Below, one piece after another: positions 1-25,434 of a stretch of DNA of 64,000 bases. This stretch comes from Piromyces finnis finn (taxonomy: Eukaryota > Fungi > Neocallimastigomycota): contig MCFH01000028.1 of the NCBI GenBank assembly GCA_002104945.1, forward strand, positions 558,001 to 622,000, given 5' to 3'. The notes below the pieces were generated by a model. That model worked only from the letters and a program-made list of their open reading frames with translations. It was not told the DNA's origin and searched no databases. Within the stretch, counting starts at the first letter, position 1. Every line of letters begins with the position of its first letter. The position numbers and the translations under genes are program-made.

Positions 1-790
1 AAAATCATTAATATGTATATGCTTTGCTATTATTGACTAGTAAACTACACAGAAGGATAACACATATATAAACGAAAAATACCTTATATTCGTAAATACT
101 CAATTTTAAAGTACATATTTTGATTATCAAAAATATTTATATAAAAAATATAAATATAAAAAGGAATACAATGATAAAATGAAGCAATAAAGGAATAAAT
201 AATATATAACAAAAAAGCATGTTAGCTCGTAATAAATACATTCAATTCATCCAATAACTTGGTTAATATTATTTCAGTAACATATTCTTAACTTTTAAAA
301 ATACAAATAAGTTAAATTTAATAATAATGATAGTTAAAGAAAATGATAATATCGATATATGATTTTTTTTTTTTTTAAATATAAATGTATAAAGTGATTA
401 TAAAAATAATTGAAATAAAAAAAGAAAACAAAAAAAAAATAATAACTATGAATTTTAATATATCACAGCCTTGAAGCAATACCTATTACATCATAATAAT
501 TTAAATACTAATAGTTAATTAATTATACCACAACTCTTAATTATATACAAAATAATACAAAGAATAAAAAATAAAAACAATACTATAATTTTTTTTCTTC
601 CTTTTCTTACTAGCAATGTAGAAATATAAAAGAATTAACCGTTTAAATTATAATGTATATACCTTTTTTAGCACAAAATTCTATATACAATAAATAATAT
701 CAAGAGGATGAAATAATACAAAGATTTTTCTAAAATTTTCTAAAATATTTAAAAATACATCAATATAATCCTAAATATATTAATTAAAAA

Positions 791-3700
791 ATGGGAAAGA
801 AAAATAAAATATTTGGAAATACATTAGATTATTTAGTCAAACGTGCCGAAGATGAGTTAAAAAAAACAAATATTAATTTAGATAGTAGTACAAAAAGCTT
901 AAAAAAGAAACCTATTACAAGTAGATATGTAGTAAAGCATATTCCGCCTGAAATACAAGAATTCGTACAGTTTTTTACTAAGAATGAAGGTTGGCTGTTA
1001 TATATAATTTAACAAACATTTAATATACATTAATAAACATTACAATAATAATTTATTTTATATATATATATATAATATATACATTAAAATTAAATGACTT
1101 TAAAAAGTTTGGAATGTAGAAGGAATATTTAGAAAAAATTCATCAGTAAAAGACTTAAAAAAAGCCAAAAAAATAATAGAAGATGGTATATATTATATAA
1201 ATATAATGTTATTAATTACTAGATTATAATAGTTTATATGTATTAATTAAAAATATATAAAAATTTAGAGGGTTCATTAAATTTGGATAAATACGACAAA
1301 GGAGATTCAATATTAGTATCAGGATTATTTAAAAATTTTCTAGCGGAAATTCAAGGAAGAATTATACCATATAAAATATATATAAAACTTAAAGAAGCAA
1401 GTATGTTAATATTTTTTAAACTTCATTAATAAAATATGTAATTAGAAACTTTTCAATACTAATTAATACATAATTTTTATGAAATGTTTATTTTTATAAG
1501 AAACTGATGCAGATTTAAAAGAAGTACTAAAAGAATTACCAATAAATAATTATGAGACATTAAATTACATTAATCAATTTGTTTTAAAAATTAATGACCA
1601 TTGTGAAACAAATTATATGAATTTATCAAATCTTAGTATTGTAATAGGACCAAATCTCTTCGAACTAACTAATGATGAAATGGTAAATTTGAACATTACT
1701 GTAATATCATCAGATATATATAAAAATATTCTACGAATAAGAAAAACTGAAAGAGATAATGCAGAAGTACATATTAATATTATTGTATTAATTTATTTTA
1801 ATAATTATAAAAAGTATATTTAAGTTTTTCAAAAAAAAAAAACAATATTTATTAATAATAAATAATAATATAGGGTACTTCAAGTATAGATCAATCTAAT
1901 TCGGATAGGTAAATATTATGACATGATAGTATTATTATATTTATGACATAGGAGCATATAAATATTTTTCAACTAATATAATGATTAAATTAAAATTATC
2001 TCTTAAAAGAAATGATAATGATAGCATGATTATAAAGAACCTTGATAGTTCTCTTAATGTTATATCTGAGCTTCCTCAATCATGTGTAATTATCAAAATA
2101 TTATAAAATATACATTATAATATTATTTGTTATAATTAATTATTTTTACTTATAAACAATAATAGACAAGTATTAATGATATTCTAAATAGTCCGGCAAC
2201 AGTGAATTTGACAAGAAGAAACAGTAAAATAAAAACAATATTCATTGATCATATAAAGGTAAAAGAAATAGTACAAAATATTAATCATCGTAATTCTTTT
2301 GTAATATGTTTTAAGTTTAATATTACATTCATATATAATTGATAATAATGTTTATAAAATGATATACATTATTATATATTTAATATAATAAAGGATAAAA
2401 TACAAAGAAGAAGAAGTTCTATTAGTATACCAATGATAAAAAATGAAAAAAGAAAGAGTGATATAAGTAATGAAAATGAAAGATTAAAATCAGATGAATA
2501 TCATGGATATGAAATATTCAACAGTGACGATTCACATAGCATGACAAAATCAGAAATAGTAAATAAAATTAGTAAGCATAACTATGAAGAAACAAACGAA
2601 CTATATGATGATACACTAAAACGTCATTTTGTTGAAAATAGCGATGACAGTTATAACGGAAGTATTCATAATCAAGATTCTGAATTCTCTCCAGAAAGCA
2701 CTAATATGGAAACAATTAATGAAGAATCATATGATTCGCTTTCTGCATCTCATCAAAATCTTCATAAAAATAATTTAGAGAAAATCTCATCAAAAAGTAA
2801 ACTTAATGAATCCACAAATTTAGATGAAGAAACTCATAAGTGTTCAGATGATAATGATAATGAAAGTTTAAGCTCTGAAAGTAGTAGTATAAGTATCGAT
2901 GAAAGTACAAATTCTGAAGAAGATGATAATAAAAGTGCTATTGAAGATGAAAATAATAAAAATGATTGTGGTAAAATAATTTAAATGAGTTACTTTATAT
3001 TTTTAATACAATAAAAAATATATATATATAAATTATTATTATTTACTAAAAATTATTTCTTGTTATTTTATATTAAATAATTATTAATTCAGTACGGGAA
3101 CAAAAAACATTCAACCATAAACATTTATTTGAAGATTCTGAAGTTTTACTTGATAATGATAATGATAATGGAAGTAAAATGAGTCATATTAGTTCAATTG
3201 AAGATACTGATTCTTTAATTATTTGCAATAATAATATAAATGATATGAAATTAATGAAAAGTGAATATTTTGATGTTATAGAAAATGATGATGAAAGAAA
3301 TGATGACGAAAGTAATTGTGAAACAATTGAAATAATAAATTATGAAAAAGATGAAAATAAACATGAAAATGAAATATTAAATAGCAATGAAATATATTAC
3401 AGTATCAATATACCTTTAAATAATGAAGATATTATTCAAAATAATAGTAAAAACAATAAGAAAAATAAAAATGAAATTTTAAAAAATTATTTAACAAATG
3501 AAGAAATCATATCAAAAGTATCAAACACCGAAAAAATAGAATTAAAACGTAAAAAATTTAGTACAGTTGGCCCAAGAAGTTCTATTAAAATTATTTTGGA
3601 TGATGAAATAGAATCAAACTTAAAAGATGCAATGAGTACTACTAACTTAAACGGTGAAAATGATCCATCTGAATTTTTAAATAAAAAACTGGAAAATAAT

Positions 3701-5800
3701 GAAAGAAACATAAATGTATCAGAAAAATCACTTAGTAAAATATTTAAAAATGATCAAAATAATGTATTTGAATCGAATATGGCATTTATTAACCAAAAAT
3801 TTGATAGTAATATTAAAGATTTAAATGAAGATGTTAAATATTATAATTCTAATTATAGTATATTTTATGACAAGATGGAAAATGGTAAAGAAAATATGAA
3901 TAATGAATTTAAAGAAATGGAAAATATAAATGAAAGTAATGAAGAATTCTTTGATAGCAATGAAGATGTTAAAACCGATAAAAATACAAATTCAAATAGC
4001 GAAATAGTAGAAAAATTATTTATACCACTTAAAGGTGGTAGTGAAAGTGATGAAACTGTTGATGTTAATAAAATAAAAAATGAAATGATCGAAGAAAAGT
4101 CAGATGAAACAAATAAGCATCATAATGATGTAATAACTACACAACATACTGAAAAAGAATTAAATAATGAGATGAATGAAGAGGAAAGGAAATATGAAAA
4201 TGTTGAATTGTCAATAAATAAAATAGATAATAGTAATCATAAAAGAAAACCTAGTAAAAGAAATTCAAAAAGAGTACCAAGATGTATTAGTAAAAGCTCA
4301 GCAGCTGTATTGTCAATGCTCCAATTTGATCTTGAAAATGTTGATGTTGATAAAGTTAATGACAATGATCTGGATAATTTAATTAGTAAAACTCATAAAC
4401 GTGAAGAATCCAATCTCTCTGATAATTGTCAAGATATTTTAAATCAAAAGCCTACACTTATGAATCTAAATACCGAATTCTTTTCATGTGAGGATAATAC
4501 ATTTAACAATAGTGGCTCTAATATAAAAGAAAAAGAACCAAAATTAGATGTAATTGATTCACAATCTAATATTTCTCTTAATAAAAATAATTCATCATTA
4601 CAACAAACTATACCTAAATCACCTGCTAAACCTGCACCACCTCCACCATCCTATAATAAAATAAAAACAAAATCATCATCACTTGTAGAAGTATCTATTA
4701 CTGACATATATGAAAATGTCGAAGGAAATATAGAAGTAAATTGTTTTTTAAAATTTTATATAACAGTAATAATTATAAATATTAAATATTAAATATTATT
4801 ATATATAATTAAATATTTTAAATAGGAAAGTGAAAATCAAATAAAAACAATATCTGAAGAAATTCGCGAAAGACTTGAATATAAACGAAAGAAAAATCAT
4901 CTACCTGATGATATTAATAAAATGACATATAAAGAAATGTTGAAAGAAAAGAAAGCTATAAAACAAGAACTTGTATTATTAAAATCAATGTATACTAATA
5001 ATCACTCTAATAATAGCACATCATCTCAATGCAATCATAATGATTTTATAAATAACCCATTAAAGAATGTTGTAAGTTCTACTCTTGAAACTAACAATTC
5101 ATTAAACGGAAAACCACCACTAAATTATGATTATAATAATAACGTTATATCTAAAAAGGTATGTTATAATTAATAATAAATTGATAATATGTTTTATATA
5201 ATATTAAACTATATTAATATATAATAGCTTCAAAAAGATGATATTAAATTTATGAAAGAACTATATCAAAAATATGCTGAGATAAAATTTATGATTGCTA
5301 AACAGGTAAATAAAATACATTTTTTATGTTTTATATAAAAAGCATATTAATAAAAATACTTTATAATTAATTTTAAATAAATAGAATATGGAAATGGATA
5401 ATGATAATGAAGCTTCTTCTCTAGGGTAAATAGAAGCATTTTTTATCTAAATTATCATATATATTTCTTGTTCTAATTATAATTATTATTATTATAAATA
5501 ATATAATATTAAAAGTCTTGAAAAATTAAAACAAGAAAAATTAGCTCTCCAAATTAAATTAAAAAATTATCAAGAAGAATTTGTCGAGAAAAATGGAAGA
5601 CCAATTAAAACTTTAGACGATCAAAAGCCAATTCGACAAGACTACTTAAGATATAAAGTAAATAAATATTTACTAAAAGTAAATTTATTATTAATAATAT
5701 ATATAATATACTAATATACTAATGAATTTCATTTTAATAATAATAATAATAATAATAATAATTAAAGGAACTTAAAAAAATTCTTCAGCAATCAAGCTAA
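791..5800 (+). CDS. Multi-exon RhoGAP-domain protein with long acidic/Asn-rich middle and FAM13-like C-terminal coiled-coil motifs
   Basis: Spliced exons give RhoGAP motifs VEGIFRKNSS (~1110), SGLFKNFLAEI (~1320) and MNLSNLSIVIGPNLF (1617). Last exons give MTYKEMLKEKKAIKQEL and EKLALQIKLKNYQEEFVEKNGRPIKTLDDQKPIRQDYLRYKELKKIL, which resemble FAM13A/B C-terminal repeats. Stop TAA at 5798-5800. Internal exon borders were not all resolved. Confidence 0.8.
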
Positions 5801-6078
5801 ATAATAATTTTCATATAAATATAATTAGAATTGTCATTAAAAAAAAAAAAAAAAACTACTTAAAGTTGGTTTTTTTTGTCTTTTTTATTATTGTTTTAAA
5901 TTTTTATCTTTTTTTTTTTTTTTTCGTTTTTGTTTTTGCTTAATTTTTGTTTAATTTATACTATTCTATATATTTTATGAAATAATAAAATGTAATAGAT
6001 ATTATTCAAATATTCAAATAGTCATTGTCACAAGTTTATTTAATTAAAAGAAATTAATCTATCTATAATTTCCTACTT

Positions 6079-6123
<45 letters not shown>

Positions 6124-6283
6124 TAAATAAAAATCTTGAAAACTCATTTTAAAATAATTAATTTATAATTATATGTTTATAATATATTTTAGTATTCAAT
6201 ATCATTTTGAAATATATCTTAATTGTTTGTTTAAATTTTTATATAAACTTTTATGATCACACTTAAGATTATTTTAATTATTT

Positions 6284-9230
6284 TTAATAGCATTCTTCTT
6301 GATAGATTTCTTTATCTTGTAATTCTTGAATATTACTAGAAGCTTGATTTTCATTAATACCACCTTCTTGAATATAAATGCTTTTTAATGCGGTTTTTAC
6401 AGCACTTGGTATTGTATTTGCATTACTGTATAATTTTAAAAATAAATAATAAAAATAAAAATAAAAATAAAAACGCATATATTAGTATGTAAAAATATTT
6501 AAATTTATTAATAAACTAGTTTAGAATATTAAAATTACCCAGAAACAATTATATAAGCATTCTTTTTATCAATTAATTCATAAATAAGTTCAGCATTTTC
6601 TTTTAATTTATCTTGAACATAAATCTTTTCAGGCTAAAATAAATTCAAATAAACCAATATATATGTAAGTTAATAGAATAAAATTATTAAATTGTTATTA
6701 AAAATATTAAAAATAAAAAATTCTACTTGATCTCTTGATGGTGCTAAAAATAATTTAACATTTCCTTCTTCAACATATTTCTTTAATTCATTAGCAAAAT
6801 AATCATCACAATTGGTATTTCTATAACCAAAGAATAAATAATTTTCTTATAAATAAAATATAGATATTTATGAAAACAAGAAATATATAAATAATAAATA
6901 ATTGTACATTATTTTAATAATTATCAAATATTAAATTCTAATATAATACATTATTTACCTTTTTGACCTTGAGCAATACGTTCTTGTAAACAACATCTTA
7001 TAGAAGCAATACCAGTACCAGTACATATCATAATGACTGGTTTATCAGCAAATGAATTAAATTTCATTACACCTTCCTTTACTTCAGCATAAACTATAAA
7101 AACAAAAATTAAAAATCATTAATAATAATTACTATTATAGATTAACAATTATATAATGTATTTTACTATAATACATCATCATTTTAAAAATTTCTTACTT
7201 TTTTGTGATGGCTCAAGAGTAGAAATCCACTTTGTTGCAATACCAACTCTTCTTTCGTTATTATAATTGGTAAATTCGTTAACACCGATGATTAATTCTA
7301 TAATATTATCACCACTAACCTATTTTATTTATATATATGAATAAGCATATAAAATAAATATTCTATTATAAAATATCTTAATTACTTTTCTTGATGAAGC
7401 AATAGAGTAAGATCTAGCTTTAAGAGTTGGAATAATATCAATAATTTCTTCAATTTTTAAATCTTTAGTTGGGAATTCACATAAAATATCAAAAATTGAT
7501 TTTTTATCTTTTATACAACTTTTTACAAATGATTCCTAGTAATTAAAATTATTTTTTAATAATAATAAATTTCAATATATATATTAATATTTAAAATAAT
7601 AATAATAATAATTCAATTTAAAAAAAAAAAACTGAATATAATACAATATCTGAAAGTCTTTTTTTTTCTTCATCATTTAAATTATTTTCTATAGATGAAT
7701 ATAAAGAGAGAACCATTTTTAAACTTGGCATACCGAAAAGATCTAATGAATTTTCTAAAAGATTTCTTAAAGTTTGAGTATTTTCCCAACTAATTGGTAA
7801 TTCAATAGTATCATCAGCCTTAATAATAAATGGTTTATCAGCATTTTCTTCCCATTGAAGTTTAACAATAGCTTCAGCTACTTCTGATTGTAAATTAACT
7901 GGGACTATGTCAATAATGTCACCTGGATTATAACTATATTTCATTAAATAATAGCAATAATAATAATAATTAATTATCAATTATTTAATAAATAAATGTA
8001 AATTTATATATTTACTTTAAAGTATTAGTAGATTTTAAATGAATTGATCTTGTATCACGTAAATAATCATTTGGAGTAACTCTATCATTTTTAATAACTT
8101 CATAAATTTCATTAGCTTTATTATTTCTAACTAAAGGATCAGCATTTATTTTAAGATCATTATTAATAAATTCAACAGAAAAGTTTGATCTTTTTTTAAT
8201 ATTTTCAGCTGCACCAACTAAGCATTTTTCTTCCATATTTTTCTTTAAATCATCAATCCATGGGTATAAAGTTTGATCGTGACTACAATTACAATAATTA
8301 AAATATAAATAGAATTTATATATTTATATTAATAAAATATATATATTCATATTACTCTATTAATGATTGAAGGATTGGATATATTTCTTATAACTTACCC
8401 ATTTTCATTTCTTGCATCACCAATACCACGTTCATTAATTGGATTGGCACCTAATTGTAATAATCTTCTATATAATCTCTTTGATGGAGCATTAAATCTT
8501 TATTATTTTTGAAATTTTAAAATATATTGTATTAGTGTTATTTAACAATTAAATTCAATAATATATTATAATAAAAGAATATATTATATTTTTATTTCAT
8601 ATAAACACAATATTTTGTAAAAACAGTATATTATAATAAGATAAAAATTCATTATTACAATTTAAATCTTGAATCACCACAACCGAAAACAGCAAAATGA
8701 ATAGTAGATAAAATATATCCTGGTAATTCTTCTCTTAATAAATATTCCCAGAATTCCTTCAATAAAGTAAATAAGAATATTATTTATACCAGAATAAATA
8801 TTAATATTTTAATAATTCGTCCTACTTAAATTTTTATTTGCCAAAAAATATTTTATTATATTTACTTTCATCATTTTTGGTTCGGCACCATTACCAATTG
8901 TTGAACAAATAAAAATAACAATATCTTCATCAATTAATTTTTCCTTTTATAATATTAAATGATAATATATGATTATAATATATGATTATAAATATGAATG
9001 TTAATTATAATTTATATATATAAAGTATTTAGTTGAAAAATAATACAGCATATATATTCCGGAATTACATAAAACTAATAAAATTAAATTATTATACAAA
9101 CTTTTTCATATTGATTAATAGCCATAACTCTTTTATCTTCAAATTTATAACATTCTAAGTTTTCGGATACGGTTTGAGCAATAGCTTTACTATGACCCAT
9201 AGAAGTAGCATACAAAATTAATAACTTCAT
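6284..9230 (-). CDS. Multi-exon NADPH-dependent diflavin oxidoreductase, NDOR1/Tah18-like (flavodoxin + FAD-binding + NAD(P)-binding)
   Basis: Minus-strand exons give ILYATSMGHSKAIA, IFICSTIGNGAEP, FAVFGCGDS, FNAPSKRLYRRLLQLGA (FMN domain); RVTPNDYLRDTRSI, YNPGDIIDIVP, KARSYSIASS (FAD domain); MICTGTGIASIR, LFFGYR, APSRDQ, KIYVQ, ending YQEECY* (NADP domain). Assignment to the NDOR1 subfamily rather than another diflavin reductase is inferred. Confidence 0.8.
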
Positions 9231-10556
9231 TTTTTACTCCTTTTATATTTAAATGAAAATAAAATTAGTTAAATTTAAATTATAAAATATTTAACTATTA
9301 TAATTAATCCTTAATCTTAAAATTAAAAAAATAAATGTTCATTTTTAATTTCATTTATATTTATATATTATTCTCATTATAAAAATATAATTACTTATTT
9401 CAATTCTAAAATTCTACTCGTAAAATACTTGTAAAAATTGCAAAGCACAAAAAATATAATTAATGCATAATGATAATGATATATATAAAATTTTTAGTAT
9501 ACTTAAAAGATTGGTATAAAGTTAAAAAAAAACAATTATATTCATAATATATAAACATAATATATATTAATATATAATATTATATAATATAAATATATAT
9601 ATAAAGGTTAAGTTAAAATAAAAATTAATCCTTAGAGAACTAAATCAAAATGATTAGATTATTTTAATTTTAAATTTTATAAATTTTAAATATGTAGTAT
9701 TTATGTTTTTTTTAATTACTTTTAATAATATAATAATAATAATAAAAACTTATAAATATTATATAATATTATATAATATTATTAAAATATTTTATTTAGT
9801 AAGCTATAAAAATATGTATTATGTATTGATATTAAAAAAAACTTTTATTGTTATCATTTGTTTGTTAATTTTATGACTATAAGTAATTAATTTATTATGT
9901 AAAATAAAAAATATTTCTACATTAAAAAAAATATAGACTATTTTGATTTTAAAATATTAATAATAAAAAAAACTATTATTTTGTATTTCGTATTACAATA
10001 TTAGTTTATTATTTATTTTATTATTCTGTTTTTATTTAGATTATTATTCCATTCGTTTTTACTATAACAATTTTGTAGTATTGCTAATCTACTTTTGAAT
10101 TATAAGGAACAAATTTATTTTTATTTAAATATTTAATAAAAACAACATATCATTCATAATTCACATGTTTTAACATATATTAATTTGAATGAAGAAGATT
10201 TATGTAATAAAAGAATATAATTGTTTATATATATTTTTTTTATTTAAATTAAATTTAATTAAAAATTTACTTTGGAAATTTTTTAAAGTTATTACTTTTA
10301 TTTTTTAAAAAATTTCATTATTTTTGTAATATTTGAAATTTGTTTATTTGTTATATACCATACCAAATTAAATTTATTTAATTTTTATTTAAAAAATTCG
10401 TATCAGTATTTTTTTAAAAAATACAATTTTTATTCAAATAAAATAAATGCCTTATAAAATTAGTTTTTATTGACATTATATAAAATAAGTAAAAAATATT
10501 TGAAATTGAGGAAATATAAAATTTTTAAAGGTCATTATTTCTTAAAAATATAAAAA

Positions 10557-21514
<10,958 letters not shown>

Positions 21515-22188
21515 AAAGATGCATAAAATATATTAAATTTATATCGCAGTATAATTTATACTAAAATACCACAATTTCATAAATATTTAAAATTACTTTT
21601 CATATATTTAATTTATTATTTTTATAAAGTATTAATTATTTTAGAAAATATTAAATACATAAGAATGTGCCATATATTTATTTAATTTTTTCTCATACAA
21701 TTTTTTTAATTTTTTTTATTATTAGTTAATACCAGTTTAAAATATTTTTCTTTCATTGTATATAAACAACAATTTTTATATAATATATATAATAAGTATA
21801 CTTTTATGCATATTTATTTAATTACAACATAAATAAAATTTAATAATTAAAATTCATAGTTTATTTGTTTTTTATTTAAACATAATTTTCTTGTTACTAT
21901 ATAATATATAATAACATAATATAAAATCTATAATATTAATTATGTAGTATTTAATGTTATATTAAGAGGATTTTTTTATTTTATTTTATAATTATATTTT
22001 GCTTATATATAGACATTAGTTAAATAAGTTGATTACTTATTTTCTTATCTTACTTTCCTTTCATTCTTTTTTTTAGACTAGTTAGATGGTTTGTCTTGTT
22101 AATTAACTATTATTGAAATCTTAAATTTGTTGTGGGATGCGGCTTTCATTACTTCTTACTATATTTAGTTTTCTTTATTTTTTCTTTT

Positions 22189-22356
22189 ATTTCTATTTCT
22201 ATTTCTATTTCTATTTCTATTTCTATTTCTATTTCTATTTCTATTTCTATTTCTATTTCTATTTCTATTTCTATTTCTATTTCTATTTCTATTTCTATTT
22301 CTATTTCTATTTCTATTTCTATTTCTATTTCTATTTCTATTTCTATTTCTATTTCT
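22189..22356. repeat. (ATTTCT)n hexanucleotide microsatellite, ~28 units, followed by a T-run
   Basis: Direct reading. Confidence 0.97.
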
Positions 22357-22419
22357 GTTTTTTTTTTTTTTTTTTTTTTAAATTTTTCGAGTAGTGCGGC
22401 TTTTTCTGCTATGATTTTG

Positions 22420-23860
22420 TGTAGTAGTAGTAGAAGTAATATTTTCCTTTTTATTGTATTTTTACGAATCTAGCTTTTTATGGATATGCTTTCTAATGAT
22501 GCCCTATCAATTGTGGTGTAAGACAAGGATATTCTTTTTCTTCTATATTGTTCAATTCCTTCTTCAATGATGTTTTAAATAAATGTGAAAATTTTAATGT
22601 TAGTATAAGAAGTAAACGTTGTTGTGGTAGTCATTTCGAAGATGGTATTTCTCAATTGTTCTTGGTAAGATGTGCCTTCTCAATCTAATTCTTAATTGGG
22701 TAAATCTAAATGAAATATTTTTTAACATAAATAAATAAATAGGTGTGCTACTGCCATTGTTAAATATATCAATTTAAATTTCTTAGTTACTTGGTTATGT
22801 AAGCCCTGCTTTTTACACTGGTGTATGCTTGATTCCAATGATTTCTTGCTATACTTTTCTTGGAGTCCATTTCGATAAAAATCTTTCTCTTATTCTTATT
22901 TTATCAAATTTCAATTGCGTACAAAATAGTTCAAAAATCATTTTTCTCTTTTATGAGTTTTCAATCAGCAATTTGGGTTTCTATTGTTTTGAATAATGTA
23001 TGGTTCCAATAAAAATAGAACTTATAGAGTTCAATTACTTATTAATATAAGTATCTTATGGAATATTAATAGTTTCCATCACAAAGGTTTTGATGACATA
23101 TATGAACGAAATTCATTTATTAGTCTTATAAGAGATTCGAAAATACTGATATTTGATTTATACTTTTCAAAAAAGGAAATGTTTTATTAAATAGTGAAAA
23201 TTATATTGTGTTATTAAATATTTTGTTTGACATATTTCTCTTGCCTCACTACCCATGGGTTAAAGAATTTTGTTTGATTATATAAGAAACTTATTAAAAT
23301 TAATATTAAAGGTACAATAGAGTCATTTCTGACTGATTTTGTGTCTGTCCATGTTGTGGTAAAGATGAATAATTCTTTTATCATTTGGATTTTAGAATGT
23401 TCTGTATTTACTCAATACAAAACCTTTTACTAAACTTTTTACTCTTTTTTATAATAAATAAGAATAATTTATCTCTTAGTTACTCTCTAAAATAGAAGTA
23501 TAAAAAATTATTTATAACTATATTTTTATGTCATGGTAGAACTTTAACTTATGATGATAAAACGGAACAAAGATATTTGAATGAACTGTTTTGTAGTTCA
23601 TCTGGATCTCATATTTCATATATAAAAACTCTTGTGGCTTTTATTACCATAACAATTTTTATCATAGTAGCTTAATGAAGCTATTTTTTGATAAATTAGT
23701 ATTTCATACATTAAGGACTAATGGAAGAGTTTAATTACTGATATTTCTCTCTTTTTTATTTCATTTAATTTATTAATAAGGGACCAATCTCACAATATAA
23801 ATTTTTAAATTATATCTATATTTAAATATATTTTATTATATTTAATACATATTGATCTAA
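22420..23860 (+). mobile_element. Decayed non-LTR (LINE-like) retrotransposon RT fragment
   Basis: NCGVRQGYSFSSILFNSFFNDVL at ~22510 resembles GVRQGCPLSPxLFN. CCGSHFEDG at ~22620 resembles a decayed FADD region, and a CYTFLGV-like motif lies near 22845. Many stops and frameshifts; boundaries approximate. Confidence 0.6.
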
Positions 23861-25347
23861 TAAAAATACACCATCCTGGAGAGAAGTTGGGGTTGAGTTT
23901 TATTAGAACTAGTATAACTGAATTTATAATATATATTGATATAAATTATATAAATTATATAAATACAAAAAAAAAAAAAAAAAAAAAAAAAAAACGACTA
24001 TTCTCAAAAAAAATTTTTATATATTTTCAATTTTTAACAAAAATGAATATATAATTAATCAATATATTTCATTAGGAATGCGTCATTTAAATAAAAAGAA
24101 GTTGTTACTTGAACCTTTCACAAATGATGTAATTGATAATTTATTAAAAAAGAGATAAATAAAAAATATTCAAAAATTAAAGCTAAATATATTATAATAA
24201 ATTATAATGGTAATTAAAAGTTATTGAGGAATGAAGTGCTTAACGTTTTATTAATAAAAATACTATTTATTAAAAAAAAAAAAAAAACAATACAAATGTT
24301 ATAAAAAATTATTAACAAAATAAATTTAGAATTTTTAAAATGTTTTTAATAAAATAAAAGATTGTATCGTTATCTACAATTATAAATTATATTAAATTCA
24401 ATAAAACTCTTATAAAAAGGTATTGCTTTAAAGATATTTTAAAATATTTATTAATATTTTTATTTATCAAACAAACAATATAATAAATTATTTTTAAATA
24501 ATATAAGATTTTACTTTGGTATTTTTTTCCAATTTATTTATAATTACACCTATTGATCTATTAATCATCTTATCAATGTATAATTTTAGTTTTTAGTTAT
24601 AAATATTATTATTTATTAAATTTAATAGTATACGTGTAATGTTGGGGAGATTGGAGACCCTGAGATGGTATTTTTTACATTAATCAATTTAATTAACATA
24701 AAAGTATCTCAATGTACTATGATACCTCTTTTTATATTGCAAATCTTTTTTTCAATATTTTAAAAATATAAAACGTTGAAAAAAAAAGAGTTAATTTTGA
24801 ACACAAGATCAAAGAGATAAAACATCTCTTAAATATCCCTGATTGATTAAAAAAAATCGACTATATAATGTATCTTTTAAAAAGATATCATTTAAAGTCT
24901 ATCAAACATTCAAAACTAACAATCTGCGTACATTATTTTTTTCTTGACTTTTCATAAAAGATTTTTATATTATATTATATTTACATATAATAATCTTTTA
25001 TTTTATTTTTTCCTATTATATACAATGAAATTTTTATTTTTTTAAAAAAAAATAAAGTAAAATTCAAAATATCAAAAAATATAAAGATCATTAATTTGAT
25101 TTGATTCGATATATATAACCAATCAAATATATGTATTACTTATAATATTTAAATATTCTCAATAAATAAAACAAATTAAAACCATCAAGAATTACTATAT
25201 ATCAAAAATGCTAATATAGGACTAATCTTATGTATAAAGTCTTTAATAATATAGTATTAGTTTATAAATTAATTATAAATGCCACTATAAAATACATAAT
25301 TAAAAAAATTATTTTAAAAATAAATTTTATAAAGCATATTTAATAAT

Positions 25348-25352
25348 AAAAA
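25348..25352 (-). terminator. Pol III T5 terminator of the tRNA gene
   Basis: TTTTT on the minus strand immediately after the tRNA discriminator base. Confidence 0.7.
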
Positions 25353-25434
25353 CGTCAGCTGCAGGGTTTGAACCTGCGCGGGCAGAGCCCATCAGATTTC
25401 AAGTCTGACTCCTTAACCACTCGGACAAACTGAC
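25353..25434 (-). tRNA. tRNA-Ser, anticodon UGA, intronless, 82 nt
   Basis: Reverse complement is GTCAGTTTGTCCGAGTGGTTAAGGAGTCAGACTTGAAATCTGATGGGCTCTGCCCGCGCAGGTTCAAACCCTGCAGCTGACG. It shows an acceptor stem, A box, anticodon loop CT-TGA-AA, long variable arm, B box GGTTCAAACC and G discriminator. Confidence 0.96.

Noticed and set aside
22132-22473. ORFs with (IS)n and (FY)n repeats
   Set aside because: Read-through of the (ATTTCT)n microsatellite.
23860-25340. Scattered GC-richer patches (e.g. ~23870, ~24640) as a possible element or gene
   Set aside because: No ORF, terminal repeats or TSD could be supported.
25353-25434. Possible selenocysteine or opal-suppressor tRNA because of the TGA triplet
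   Set aside because: TGA is the anticodon, which reads UCA (Ser). A Sec or suppressor tRNA would need anticodon TCA, and the stems are ordinary Ser type.
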